Positions 38,393 through 48,104 of a stretch of 64,000 nucleotides of DNA are shown here, in pieces. Both the position numbers and the translations under genes were made by a program. The stretch is taken from the NCBI GenBank assembly GCA_041389445.1, contig JAWKRW010000001.1, forward strand, positions 970,686-1,034,685. The letters run 5' to 3'. The notes beneath the pieces are model-generated. The model had not been told where the DNA came from. It worked only from the letters and a program-made list of their open reading frames with translations, and searched no databases. Position 1 is the stretch's first letter, and every line of letters starts with the position of its first letter. Origin of the DNA: Myxococcota bacterium (lineage in GTDB: Bacteria; Myxococcota_A; UBA9160; UBA4427).

Positions 38393-39457
38393 ATGTTCCC
38401 GACCATCGACGCCGACGGCCACGTCCAGGAGCCGACCGAGGCCATCGCCGAGCGCCTCCCTGCGGCGCTGCGTGACGCGGCGCCCCGCTCGCTGCGCGAC
38501 GCGAGCGGTCGAATCCGCCAGAGCGTGGGCGGCGAGCTGATGCCCTACATCCCGGTGCCCGACTCCGGAAGCTGGGACATTCCGGCGGGCGGCCACGATC
38601 CGAAGCAGCGGCTGGCGGACATGGATCGCCAGCGCATCGGTCGCTCGATCCTCTTTCCGACCTTCGGTCTGACCTTCGCCGGTCTCTCGCGGCTCGACGT
38701 CCAGATCGCCCTCTGCCGCGCCTACAACGACTGGCTCGCCGAGTTCTGCGGCGCCGATCCGAAGCGCCTCGTCGGCATCAGCGTCCCCGCGCAAGCCGAT
38801 CCGCGCGCCGCCCTCGACGAGGTCAAGCGGACGGTTCGCGAGTACGGCTACAAGGGCGTCATGTTGCGCCCGAACCCGATCAACGGCCGGACGCTGATCC
38901 ATCGCGACTGGACGCCGCTCTGGGAGTTCCTCGAGGCCGAGGGGGTCCCGCTCTGCGTCCATGAAGGCACGACCCAGAACGTTCCCCAGTCCGGCAACGA
39001 CCGCTTCGAGGACTTCGCCCTGAGACACGTCGCCTCGCATCCCCACGAAGAGCAGCTCGCCTGTCTCGGGCTCGTGATGGGCGGCGTCCTCGAGCGCCAT
39101 CCCGGACTGCGTGTCGTCTTCCTCGAGAGCGGCTGCGGCTGGCTGCCCCACTGGCTCGAGCGGATGGACGACCACGCCGAGAGCTGGGGCTGGGCGATGC
39201 CCAAGCTCCCGCTCAAGCCCTCGGAGTACTTCGCGCGCCAGTGCGTGATTTCCTGCGACCCCGGCGAGCGGACGATCGCGAGCGTCGTCTCGCTCTGCGG
39301 AGAGGAGTCGATCGTCTTCGCGACGGACTATCCGCATCCCGATGCCGTCGCCGGCGACCTCGTCGGGCGGATCGAGGAGCGCGGCGAGCTCTCGGCCGAG
39401 GCGAAGCGCAAGATCCTCGTCGACAACGCGCGCCGGGCGTTCGGGTTCTCGGACTAG
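38393..39457 (+). CDS. Amidohydrolase_2 family protein
   Basis: AGGAGA RBS then ATG at 38393. MFPTIDADGHVQEP at the N-terminus and FATDYPHPD near the C-terminus. Confidence 0.8.
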   Translation: MFPTIDADGHVQEPTEAIAERLPAALRDAAPRSLRDASGRIRQSVGGELMPYIPVPDSGSWDIPAGGHDPKQRLADMDRQRIGRSILFPTFGLTFAGLSRLDVQIALCRAYNDWLAEFCGADPKRLVGISVPAQADPRAALDEVKRTVREYGYKGVMLRPNPINGRTLIHRDWTPLWEFLEAEGVPLCVHEGTTQNVPQSGNDRFEDFALRHVASHPHEEQLACLGLVMGGVLERHPGLRVVFLESGCGWLPHWLERMDDHAESWGWAMPKLPLKPSEYFARQCVISCDPGERTIASVVSLCGEESIVFATDYPHPDAVAGDLVGRIEERGELSAEAKRKILVDNARRAFGFSD

Positions 39458-39522
39458 CAGGACACGGAAGGACGCCTCAGAGCAGGATGCGGCCGGCTCT
39501 GGTCCGGCCCTCGCGGAGATGA

Positions 39523-41145
39523 CTACCGGCGGCGCCGACTCGCCGTCGGCCTCGCCTTCGCCCTTCCCTTTGCCTTCGCCCCGACGGTCGCCTTCGCTCT
39601 GGCCTTCGCCTGCTTCTTCGCGCTCCGCCCGGCCTCGGATTTCGGCTTGGCCCTGGCCTTCGCCCCGGCCCGGGGCCTGGTCCCATTTCCGGCCCTGGCC
39701 TCGACCTTCGCCGGCCGGCGGGGCTTCGCGGGCCCGCGCGCCGCGGCCCGCTCACCCTTCCAGACGATCGGCCGGATCGGGGCGTCGATGCCGCCCGAGA
39801 CCTGCTGGAGGTTCGGCAGCAGCTCGGCGTGGGAGCGGCCGGCGAGGAAGCCGTCGATCACGCGATGGTAGTTGCTGATCAGGCCCTCGACCTCGCCCGA
39901 GAGGCGCATGAACTCGAATCCCGGGCTCCGCAGGCCCGCCTGCTGTCGCGGCAGGTTCGCGAAATCCTGTCGCACGACGTCGGGCCAGCGCGGATCGTCC
40001 CAGGCCATGCGGGTCGGCGCGCGGGGCGGTACGTGGTCGACGTCCTCCGGCATCAGCGTGGTGGTCCAGATCTCGAAGAGCGTCTCCTCCGGACCGAGCG
40101 GTCGGACGCGGTAGGCCGCGGCGTTGCCGTAGACGGGCAGCAGGAAGAAATGGGGGAAGCAGTAGTTGACCGAGGAGACGTGGCCCGTCGCGACGAGCTG
40201 ATTCAAGTCGGGCATCGGGATGCCCTCGGCCAGCGCGCGGCGGACGATCTCGTCGTTGAGCCGCGTGTTCCACTCGACGATCGCCTGCATCGGGTCGGCG
40301 GGCAGGCGCATCGCCTTCAGGTCCTCGGCGACGGCGATGTCCCGCGCGTGGATCATGCCGCCGCCCATGCCCTCGGAGAGGACCTGCATGAAGTAGATCG
40401 AGCTCCCGACGACGTCGTCCGGGTCGGTGAAGCCGACGGTATCGGTCCCGGCGCCGTAGCCGCGCTTGATCGAACGCGCGAGCAGCTGGGGATGGGTCTG
40501 GGTCGCGTGGTAGCCCTCCATGAAGGCCTCGCAGGCGAGCTTCCAGTTGACGGGCAGGATGCAGGAGAGCCACGCCTCGGCCCGCATCTTCTCGACGCGG
40601 TGCGCGTCGTGATAGGTCGCGAAGGGCTCGAGACAATCGCGCAACGGCGGCGCCGCATCGTCGAAATTGATGAAGGCGCATCCGCCCCAGGTGTCGACCC
40701 GGCAGCGGCGCAGCCGCAGATCCTCGCTCCGGAGCTGATCCGCCCGAAAGAGATTCTCCGCGAAGACGAATCTGTTCGACCCGTCGGGATTCCAGCACCA
40801 GCCATGGAACGGGCAGACGAAGCCGCTTCGGGCGTTGCCGCGGCCCTGGACGAGTCGCATGCCGCGATGACGGCAGGCGTTGTGGAAGGCCTCGATCCGC
40901 TCGGGGCCCGTGCGGACGACGATCACGCTCTGCCCGAGGATTTCGTACTCGACGTAGTCGCCGAGCTCCGGGATCTCCTCGAGGCGACAGGCCATCTGCC
41001 AGACCCGCGGCCAGAGCCGCTCGGCCTCGAGCGCGAAGAACGCGGGGTCGGCGTAGCGCGCGGCGGGAATCGCCTCGGGGCGCTCGACGGCGTGGGGAAC
41101 CGACGCGAGGCCGGTCGTGCGGGAGCGGGATCGGGTGGGGCTCAA
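39523..41145 (-). CDS. Rieske [2Fe-2S] non-haem iron oxygenase alpha subunit with ~76-aa Lys/Ala/Arg-rich C-terminal tail
   Basis: GGAGG, 9 nt, then TTG at 41145, overlapping the upstream gene's stop (TTGA). Rieske site CRHRGMRL...CPFHGW. Catalytic-domain motif NWKLACEAFMEGYHATQTHP. Tail ...AKARAKPKSEAGRSAKKQAKARAKATVGAKAKGRAKARPTASRRRR*. Confidence 0.8.
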   Translation of the reverse strand: MSPTRSRSRTTGLASVPHAVERPEAIPAARYADPAFFALEAERLWPRVWQMACRLEEIPELGDYVEYEILGQSVIVVRTGPERIEAFHNACRHRGMRLVQGRGNARSGFVCPFHGWCWNPDGSNRFVFAENLFRADQLRSEDLRLRRCRVDTWGGCAFINFDDAAPPLRDCLEPFATYHDAHRVEKMRAEAWLSCILPVNWKLACEAFMEGYHATQTHPQLLARSIKRGYGAGTDTVGFTDPDDVVGSSIYFMQVLSEGMGGGMIHARDIAVAEDLKAMRLPADPMQAIVEWNTRLNDEIVRRALAEGIPMPDLNQLVATGHVSSVNYCFPHFFLLPVYGNAAAYRVRPLGPEETLFEIWTTTLMPEDVDHVPPRAPTRMAWDDPRWPDVVRQDFANLPRQQAGLRSPGFEFMRLSGEVEGLISNYHRVIDGFLAGRSHAELLPNLQQVSGGIDAPIRPIVWKGERAAARGPAKPRRPAKVEARAGNGTRPRAGAKARAKPKSEAGRSAKKQAKARAKATVGAKAKGRAKARPTASRRRR

Positions 41146-42938
41146 GCGGATCGACCTCCGGAGTCGCCCTCGCCTGCGAGGATCGCGTCGATGCGGCGCG
41201 CCTCGCCGAAGGCGTGGTGGGCGGCGATGTAGGCGAAGGTGAAGGCGGCGGCGATGCTGGCGCCGGCGCCGGGATAGGTCCGGCCCATGACCGAGGCCGT
41301 CGTGTTGCCCGTCGCGTAGAGCCCTTCGATCGGGCGCCCGTCTTCGCGCAGCACGCGGGACCACGCGTCGGTGACGAGCCCGCCCGCCGTGCCGACGTCG
41401 GAGGGCACCATCGGGACGGCGTAGAACGGCGGCGTCGAGATCGGCCCGAGATTCGGATTCGGCCTCACGGTCACGTCGCCGTGGGCCCGATCGAAGCAGC
41501 GGCCGCCGCGCTGGAAGTCGGCGTCGACGCCCGTTCGGCAGAAGCCGTTCCAGCGCTCGACCGTCTTCGCGAGACCGTCGGGGTCGATGCCGCATTGGCG
41601 CGCGAGCTCCGCGAGCGTATCGGCCTTCTTCATGTAGCCGCTCTCGAGCCAGGCCTTCGGCGTCACGCCGGGCAGCGCCGTGCCCCATGGATACCACTTG
41701 CGATGGAGGCCATCGAAGACGACGAAGCTCGGGATCGCCGAGCCGTGGGTCCGGTGGCGCTCGTGCATGCGCTCGCCGACCTCCATGTAGGAGGCGGACT
41801 CGTTCAGGTACCGCTCGCCGCGCCGGTCGACGACGATCGAATACGGGAGGCTCAGGTCGAGATGATGAGTCCAGGGCGCGAGCGTGCCGTCGGGCATCGT
41901 CGTGCCCTCCGGCCAGCGGCCGTCGAGACCCTGCGTCGTCGGGACCCACCAGAACGCATCCATCGCGTCGATCGCGGCGCCGAGGCGCATCGCCGACTCG
42001 ACGATCTCCCCCGTGTCGCCGGGATTGGCCGCCGTCCATTGCGCCGCGGTCGGCGCGGGACCGAAGCGCTCGCGCAGCGCCTGGCTGCGCGAGAACCCGC
42101 CCGCGTTGAGCAGCACGGCGCCGCGCGCCCGCACGATCCGCTCGTCGCCGCCGCACGCCACGCGTACGCCCACGACCCGACCGCCCTCGACCACGAGATC
42201 GCGGACCGGCGCCTCGGGCACGATCGGGATGCCCTCGCGCAGCGCGATCTCGAGCATCCGCCCCTGGATCGCCGCACCGTTCGAGACGAGGTCCGCGCCA
42301 GTGAGCTTCATGCGCGCGATGCGACCCGCGAGGCGCAGGGCCATCCAGCGGCCCTTCCAGGTCCGCTTCGCCAGATAGAGGAGCGGGAGCTCGTGGCTGT
42401 GGACCGGCATGCCGGCGCCGACCGGCGAGCGCGCGAGCTTGTTCGCCCAGGGCCCGAGCGCGCGGGCATCGTAGAGCGGCGCCATCAGACAGCGACTGCG
42501 CGGCTCGCCCCCCGGTCGATCGTCGTAGTAGTCACACCAGCCCTCCGGCCGGAAGAACTGCATCCCGTGCGCGCGCAGGAACTCGATCATCGGCGGACCG
42601 ACCTTGAGGAACGCCTCGCGCCGCTCGGGCGAGGTCCCCGGCCCTTCGTAGGTCACGACCGCGTCGAAATAACGTCGAGCGCGCGTGTAGGAGTCGGGAA
42701 TCCCCTCTTCCGCCATCAGGGGGTTGACGGGCGTCCAGAGCACGCCGCCCGAAATCGCCGTCGAGCCCCCGACCTTCGCCTGCTTCTCGAGCACGACGCA
42801 GCTGCGCCCGAACGTCTTCGCGACGAGCGCGGCGCAGATCGACCCCGCCCCGCTGCCGACGACGACGAGATCGAACTCCGATCCCAGCCGATCGAGCGTA
42901 CGGGCGGCGTCGTTCGTGGATCCTTGACTCGCATGCAT
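41142..42938 (-). CDS. 3-oxosteroid 1-dehydrogenase (KstD)-like FAD-dependent oxidoreductase
   Basis: DLVVVGSGAGSICAALVA...VVLEKQAKVGGSTAISGG FAD motif. Length and C-terminal GLYATGNTTAS fit KstD/fumarate-reductase-type flavoproteins. The ATG at 42938 (MHASQGS...) is chosen; the ATG at 42968 is possible. Confidence 0.75.
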   Translation of the reverse strand: MHASQGSTNDAARTLDRLGSEFDLVVVGSGAGSICAALVAKTFGRSCVVLEKQAKVGGSTAISGGVLWTPVNPLMAEEGIPDSYTRARRYFDAVVTYEGPGTSPERREAFLKVGPPMIEFLRAHGMQFFRPEGWCDYYDDRPGGEPRSRCLMAPLYDARALGPWANKLARSPVGAGMPVHSHELPLLYLAKRTWKGRWMALRLAGRIARMKLTGADLVSNGAAIQGRMLEIALREGIPIVPEAPVRDLVVEGGRVVGVRVACGGDERIVRARGAVLLNAGGFSRSQALRERFGPAPTAAQWTAANPGDTGEIVESAMRLGAAIDAMDAFWWVPTTQGLDGRWPEGTTMPDGTLAPWTHHLDLSLPYSIVVDRRGERYLNESASYMEVGERMHERHRTHGSAIPSFVVFDGLHRKWYPWGTALPGVTPKAWLESGYMKKADTLAELARQCGIDPDGLAKTVERWNGFCRTGVDADFQRGGRCFDRAHGDVTVRPNPNLGPISTPPFYAVPMVPSDVGTAGGLVTDAWSRVLREDGRPIEGLYATGNTTASVMGRTYPGAGASIAAAFTFAYIAAHHAFGEARRIDAILAGEGDSGGRSA

Positions 42939-43133
42939 GGCCGTCTCTCCCGCGCCGCTCGCGAGCATCGCGCATTCGATCGGGGCCCGAAACCGGCGCA
43001 CCGGCTCGCCCACGCGCATCCCCTTGCCCCCGACGATGCGACTCTGACAGAATGCCCCGCACGCACGACCGGCGTCGCGCCGCGCGGCGACGACGACGGC
43101 GCCCCGCCACGCCCGTTCGGGCCGGAGGTGACC

Positions 43134-43550
43134 ATGGCCGCCCGCGTCTTCCTCGCGATCTTCGGACTCTTCTCGCTTCCGTACGGGATCTACTGCTTTC
43201 TCGACCCGGGCTTCCTCGCGGGCTTCGCGGGCGTCGCCGCCACGACGACGACGGGGACGGTCGAGCTCCAGGCGATGTACGGCGGTCTGCAAACGGGCTT
43301 CGGGGCCCTCGCCCTCTTCGGCGCGGCTCGACCGGGCCATGCGCCGACGATCCTGCTCGCGACCGTCTTCCAATGCGCGGGGCTCGGGACGTTCCGACTG
43401 CTCGGCGCGCTGCGGGCCGGCGAGTTCTCGGCCTACACGAGTCAGGGCATCGCCTTCGAGCTCGGCTCGACCCTGATCGCCTTCCTGCTCTGGCGCGCCG
43501 TCGTGCGGACCGAGTCGATGCGGGTGACGGTCCCGGCGCAGGCCCGCTGA
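43134..43550 (+). CDS. Small four-TM membrane protein (DUF4345-like)
   Basis: GGAGG RBS then ATG at 43134. MAARVFLAIFGLFSLPYGIYCFLDP followed by three further hydrophobic segments. The family name is tentative. Confidence 0.6.
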   Translation: MAARVFLAIFGLFSLPYGIYCFLDPGFLAGFAGVAATTTTGTVELQAMYGGLQTGFGALALFGAARPGHAPTILLATVFQCAGLGTFRLLGALRAGEFSAYTSQGIAFELGSTLIAFLLWRAVVRTESMRVTVPAQAR

Positions 43551-43632
43551 GCGCGGGTCGAAGCGGAGAGCCTGCGGGAGGGTCGCCCGTCGGGACGCCC
43601 GCGATGCGGCGGGTGCGCGCGCCGGCCCCGAT

Positions 43633-44451
43633 TCAGCCGAAGATCGCGCGGGCCCCCACCAGCGCGTCGCGGGCGAAGTCGGCCAGCGACCGCGTCCGCT
43701 GCTCGGCCGAGAGGACCTCGAGCACGATGGCGCCATCGAAGCCCCGCTCGCCCAGATGGCGCGCCAGGCGACCGAGGTCGAACGTGCCCTCGCCCGGCAA
43801 TCGGCGCCGATTCATCGTCGCCTCCCAGAACTCGCCCTCTCCGTGGCCCACGCCGTCGGAGAGCTGGAGGTTCGCGAGCAGCGCCTCCGGCAGCGCCTCG
43901 AGCGCCGCCCAATCCGGACCGTCGGCGTGGTTGAAGAAATGCCAGGTGTCGATCGTGACGCCGACGCCCGGTTCGCCGGCCGCCTCGATCAGAGCCCGCG
44001 TCTCCCTGACGCCGCGCAGACGCGACCCGCTCGAGAACTCGAGCGCGATCTGCGTGCCCGTGTCCGCCGCGCCCCGGGTCCGCAGCGCGATCGCGCATGC
44101 CTTCAGGCGGCGGGCCACCGCCTCGTCGACCGGAACGACGATCCGCGTGTTCACGAGCTCGGCGTCGAATGCCCGCGCATAGCGCAGGTTCTCCTCGAGC
44201 TCGGCCGCCGTCCGCTCGTCGTCCCCGATCGCGAGGCCGGAGATCTCCATGCAGGCGAGCCCCCGATCGCGCATCGCGTCGGCGACCCGTTCCAGCGCGA
44301 CGCCCTCCGCTTCGAGCGCGCGCAGCCAGAACACGTCCGGCGCGATCGCGTCGTATCCGGCCGACGCCGCGGCTTCGAGATGAGCCTCCCACTGCGTCGG
44401 GAGGTCGTGGAAGGGCGAGTGGTTCAGCGTCGCGTAGCCATAGCGGGGCAT
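43633..44451 (-). CDS. Sugar phosphate isomerase/epimerase (xylose isomerase-like TIM barrel)
   Basis: Typical segments IALEFSS, GVTIDTWHF and IVLEVLS. Confidence 0.8.
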   Translation of the reverse strand: MPRYGYATLNHSPFHDLPTQWEAHLEAAASAGYDAIAPDVFWLRALEAEGVALERVADAMRDRGLACMEISGLAIGDDERTAAELEENLRYARAFDAELVNTRIVVPVDEAVARRLKACAIALRTRGAADTGTQIALEFSSGSRLRGVRETRALIEAAGEPGVGVTIDTWHFFNHADGPDWAALEALPEALLANLQLSDGVGHGEGEFWEATMNRRRLPGEGTFDLGRLARHLGERGFDGAIVLEVLSAEQRTRSLADFARDALVGARAIFG

Positions 44452-44570
44452 GCGGGAAGGCTATCCCCGGGCGCCGCGAATGGGTAGCCTTCGCCGGAGG
44501 CCGGCGTCGCGTCGGCCGGACGCGGGCACCGCGTCTGCGACCGTCGCCCTCCATCCCGAGGAGTCCGCCG

Positions 44571-45119
44571 ATGTCCCGTTCCGTTCGCATTCGCCTGGCT
44601 GTCGCCTGCTCCGCGACCGCGACCCTGCTCGCCTGCGCCCACGGCGACGTCGAATCGAGACTCCAGGCGCTCGAGCGCGAGGCCGACCGCCAGGCCGTCG
44701 TGCGGCTGATCCATCAATACGCCCAGGGCATCGATGGCGGCGACCAGGCGCTGCTCCGGCGGACCTTCCTGCCGGACGCCGTGGCCGAGTACCGGGGCGT
44801 CAACTTCCCGATGGACGTCCGGCTCGAGGGCATCGCGGCGATCTGGGACTGGCTGAACGCCCAGCTCGCCGACCGCGAGGGCGCGATGCCCTGGCACTAC
44901 ATGGATACCGAGCTCGTCGACGTCGAGGGCGACCGCGCCCACATGACCGTCTACCAGCACAACCGCCTGCTCTCGGGCGTCGGCGTCTACACCGTCGACG
45001 CGGTCCGGACCGAAGCGGGCTGGCGGATCGAGAAGCTCCACCTCGACGAGCGCATCCTCGACCCGAAGCTCCTCGAAGACGTCCACACGCCCGAGACCCG
45101 CGAGCGCATCCAGCGGTGA
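44571..45119 (+). CDS. SnoaL/NTF2-like fold lipoprotein
   Basis: GAGGAG RBS. Lipobox ATLLAC. VVRLIHQYAQGIDGGDQALLRRTFLPDA is typical of SnoaL_4-type proteins. Confidence 0.7.
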   Translation: MSRSVRIRLAVACSATATLLACAHGDVESRLQALEREADRQAVVRLIHQYAQGIDGGDQALLRRTFLPDAVAEYRGVNFPMDVRLEGIAAIWDWLNAQLADREGAMPWHYMDTELVDVEGDRAHMTVYQHNRLLSGVGVYTVDAVRTEAGWRIEKLHLDERILDPKLLEDVHTPETRERIQR

Positions 45120-45124
45120 GCGCC

Positions 45125-46273
45125 ATGAGCGAATCCCAGCAGGCCGAGTCCTCGTCCATCCCGAGTCGCGATGCGCTCCGCGACTTCCTCGCCCTCGTCG
45201 CGCAGGTCGACCGGGAGTTCCTCGGCCCCGATCGCAACGTGACGACGCCGGCGGACGTCGCGGCCGGCGAGCACATGCTCCTGCATCTGATCAAATGCGG
45301 ACTCGACACCTGGGTCGACAACGACGCCTCGCGCCCGCGCTTCGCGCCGCTCGCGAGCGCCGTGCTGAAATGGGGCGGCGAAGGCGCGGACAACCCCGCG
45401 CATTGCGCGCCCCTCGACCCGTCTCGCCGCTACCGCATCACCGGACGCATCCACGACGCGGTCTACGTCAGCTTCACCGTCTACACGGGCAAGCAGGAGG
45501 GCGACTTCAACGACGGCGTCGTCTCGGCGCTGAACCACACCCAGTTCCCGCGCGACGTCGCCGGCCGCTTCACGATCGATCTGCTGCCCTCGCCCCGCGC
45601 CGGCGCGCTCCACATGCAACCGGGCAAGCCCAACGTCGTGATCGCGCGCCACTACTTCGAGGGCGAGACCTGCGCGATGGCGGACCCGCGGCTCGTCTGT
45701 GAGATCGACATCGAGTGCCTCGACGAGCCCGGCTATCCGCGCCCCCTCCCGCCCGGGGCGCTCGCCGACAAGCTGCGCGCCGCGATGACCTTCATCCACT
45801 CGCAGACCCTCGCGCGCGGGCCGCAGGATCCGACCCGGACCCCGTCCTGGTTCTCGCTCGTGCCGAACCAGCTGCCGAAGCCCGAGAAGTGGGTCCCGAG
45901 CGAGGGCGGCGGCGCGGGCGCCGTCGACAACGCCTACTGCGCGGGGCTCGTCGTCCTCCCCCCCGACCATGCCCTCGTCGTCGACGCGCGCTGGCCCGCG
46001 TGCGTGTACGCGAACGTGATGTTCTGGAACCGCTTCCAGCAGGCGGGCGACTACCGCTATCGGAGCTGCTCGCTCAACCGCAAGCAGATGAAGGCCGACG
46101 CCCAGGGCCGTTTCCGCTTCGCCGTCTCGCCGAAGCGGCCGGGCGCGAAGATCGCCAACTGGCTCGACACCGAGGGGCAGACGTTCGGGACGCTCTACTG
46201 GCGCTTCCTGCTCCCGGAGGGCGAGATCGAGCAGCCGGTGACGCGGGTCGTGCCGCTGACGGAGCTCGACTGA
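45125..46273 (+). CDS. DUF1214-like protein (paralogue of 53089..54291)
   Basis: ATG at 45125 within the 44450..46273 ORF. Shares collinear segments with the 53089 ORF (RYRITGR/TYRLAGH, DGRFxxxL, ALVVDA/ALVIET, ADAQGRFRF/ADGRFRG, NWLD). The family name is tentative. Confidence 0.7.
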   Translation: MSESQQAESSSIPSRDALRDFLALVAQVDREFLGPDRNVTTPADVAAGEHMLLHLIKCGLDTWVDNDASRPRFAPLASAVLKWGGEGADNPAHCAPLDPSRRYRITGRIHDAVYVSFTVYTGKQEGDFNDGVVSALNHTQFPRDVAGRFTIDLLPSPRAGALHMQPGKPNVVIARHYFEGETCAMADPRLVCEIDIECLDEPGYPRPLPPGALADKLRAAMTFIHSQTLARGPQDPTRTPSWFSLVPNQLPKPEKWVPSEGGGAGAVDNAYCAGLVVLPPDHALVVDARWPACVYANVMFWNRFQQAGDYRYRSCSLNRKQMKADAQGRFRFAVSPKRPGAKIANWLDTEGQTFGTLYWRFLLPEGEIEQPVTRVVPLTELD

Positions 46274-46382
46274 GCGGGCGTCGGCGCGCCGACGCGCGGC
46301 GTCCGGAGCGCCAGGCCGGCGGTCGGGGGCGCGGGTGGACTCGAATGCGGGCGGAAGCCGAATCGCTACAGGAGGAACGACC

Positions 46383-48062
46383 ATGAGCTACGACCTCGTG
46401 ATCCGGAACGGCAACGTCGTCGACGGTTCGGGACTGGGCGCCTATCACGCGGACGTGGGCCTCGTCGGCGATCGCATCGCGACGATCGGACGCATCCGCG
46501 AGCGCGGGAAGCGGGAGATCGACGCCGAGGGACTCGCCGTGACTCCCGGCTTCATCGACGGCCATACCCACATGGACGCCCAGATCTTCTGGGATCCGAC
46601 CGGGGCCAACTCCTGCTGGCATGGCGTGACGACCGTCGTCATGGGCAACTGCGGCTTCACCCTCGCCCCCTCCGCCGAGAAGGACGCGATGCTCGTCGTA
46701 CGCAGCCTCGAGCGCGCCGAGGACATCTCGGGCAAGGCGATGGCCGCGGGCATCCGATGGACCTGGACGACCTTCGCCGAGTACCTCGACGCCATCGATC
46801 GACTGGAGAAGGGCATCCACTACGCCGCCCAGATCGGCCACTCGGCGCTGCGTACCTACGCGATGGGCGAGCGCGCCTTCGAAGAGACCGCGAACGACGA
46901 CGATCTGCACGCCATGCAGGCCGAGCTCCGCTCGGCGCTCGCCGCGGGCGCGATCGGCTTCTCCACCTCCCGCACCCACCAGCACCGCACCTCCGACGAC
47001 CGTCCCGTCGCCTCGCGCCTCGCCGCCTGGAGCGAGGTCGAGACGCTCGTGCGCACGATGGGCGAGACGGGCCTCGGCGTCTTCCAATACGTCGAGGATC
47101 CCGCGCCGCCCGACCGCGCCGAGTCGCGTCGCGACGAGCTGATCGCGCTCGCGGTCGAGACCGGCGTGCCCTTCGCCGCGCCGGCGCTGCTCGACGCCCA
47201 GGCCGTGCTCCCGATGCTCGATCTCTGCGCCGCGCGCGGGGGACGCATGTTCGGCCTCGCGCATTGCCGCGGCATCGGGACGATGTCCTCGTTCCGGACG
47301 CAGCTGCCCTTCGACCGCCTGCCGGTCTGGCGCGAGCTGCGCGCGCTCCCGATCGAGGAGCAGCGGCGACAGCTCGCGGATCCGTCGCTCGTCGAGCGGC
47401 TCGTGAAGAGCGCGAGGGAGAGCCGCTATGGCGAGGCCGTGGGCGGCGAGGCCCGCCCGCCGGAGTTCGAGCGCATGCGCGTCCTGGACAAGCCCGTGCC
47501 CCCCAATCCCTCCGTCGCCGAGGCGGCGCGCGCGCGGGGGCTCGATCCGGTCGCGCTGATGATCCGGCTCGCGCTCGAGACGGACATGAAGCAGTTCTTC
47601 GTCCAGACGCTCTCGCCCTACGATCCCGACGACATCGACGCGATCCTGCGCCACCCGCGCACGGTGCTCTCGTTCTCCGACTCGGGCGCCCACGTCAGCC
47701 AGATGAGCGACGCGTCGCTGCAGACCCATCTGCTGGCGCATTGGGTCCGCGACCGTCAGGCCTTCTCCTTCGAGGAGGCGATCCGGATGATCACCCTCGC
47801 CCCCGCGCGCGCCTGGGGCTTCCACGACCGCGGACTCGTACGCGAGGGTCTCGTCGCCGATCTCAACGTCGTCGACCCCGGGACCGTCGCGCCCGCGATG
47901 CCGACCGTCGCCCACGATCTGCCGGCCGGGGAGAAGCGCATCGAGCAGCGCTCGGTCGGCATCGCGGCGACGATCGTCGCCGGCGAGATCGTCGTGCGAG
48001 ACGGCGAGCACACGGGGGCGATGCCGGGGCGGCTGCTCCGAAAGCGCGCGCGGGCCGTCTGA
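46383..48062 (+). CDS. N-acyl-D-amino-acid deacylase (D-aminoacylase) family amidohydrolase
   Basis: AGGAGGA RBS then ATG at 46383. YDLVIRNGNVVDGSG...DVGLVGDRIATIG...VTPGFIDGHTHMD. Confidence 0.85.
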   Translation: MSYDLVIRNGNVVDGSGLGAYHADVGLVGDRIATIGRIRERGKREIDAEGLAVTPGFIDGHTHMDAQIFWDPTGANSCWHGVTTVVMGNCGFTLAPSAEKDAMLVVRSLERAEDISGKAMAAGIRWTWTTFAEYLDAIDRLEKGIHYAAQIGHSALRTYAMGERAFEETANDDDLHAMQAELRSALAAGAIGFSTSRTHQHRTSDDRPVASRLAAWSEVETLVRTMGETGLGVFQYVEDPAPPDRAESRRDELIALAVETGVPFAAPALLDAQAVLPMLDLCAARGGRMFGLAHCRGIGTMSSFRTQLPFDRLPVWRELRALPIEEQRRQLADPSLVERLVKSARESRYGEAVGGEARPPEFERMRVLDKPVPPNPSVAEAARARGLDPVALMIRLALETDMKQFFVQTLSPYDPDDIDAILRHPRTVLSFSDSGAHVSQMSDASLQTHLLAHWVRDRQAFSFEEAIRMITLAPARAWGFHDRGLVREGLVADLNVVDPGTVAPAMPTVAHDLPAGEKRIEQRSVGIAATIVAGEIVVRDGEHTGAMPGRLLRKRARAV

Positions 48063-48104
48063 GCGCCGCGCGGCGGCGGATCGCGACCGCTCCGTCGCAT
48101 CGGG

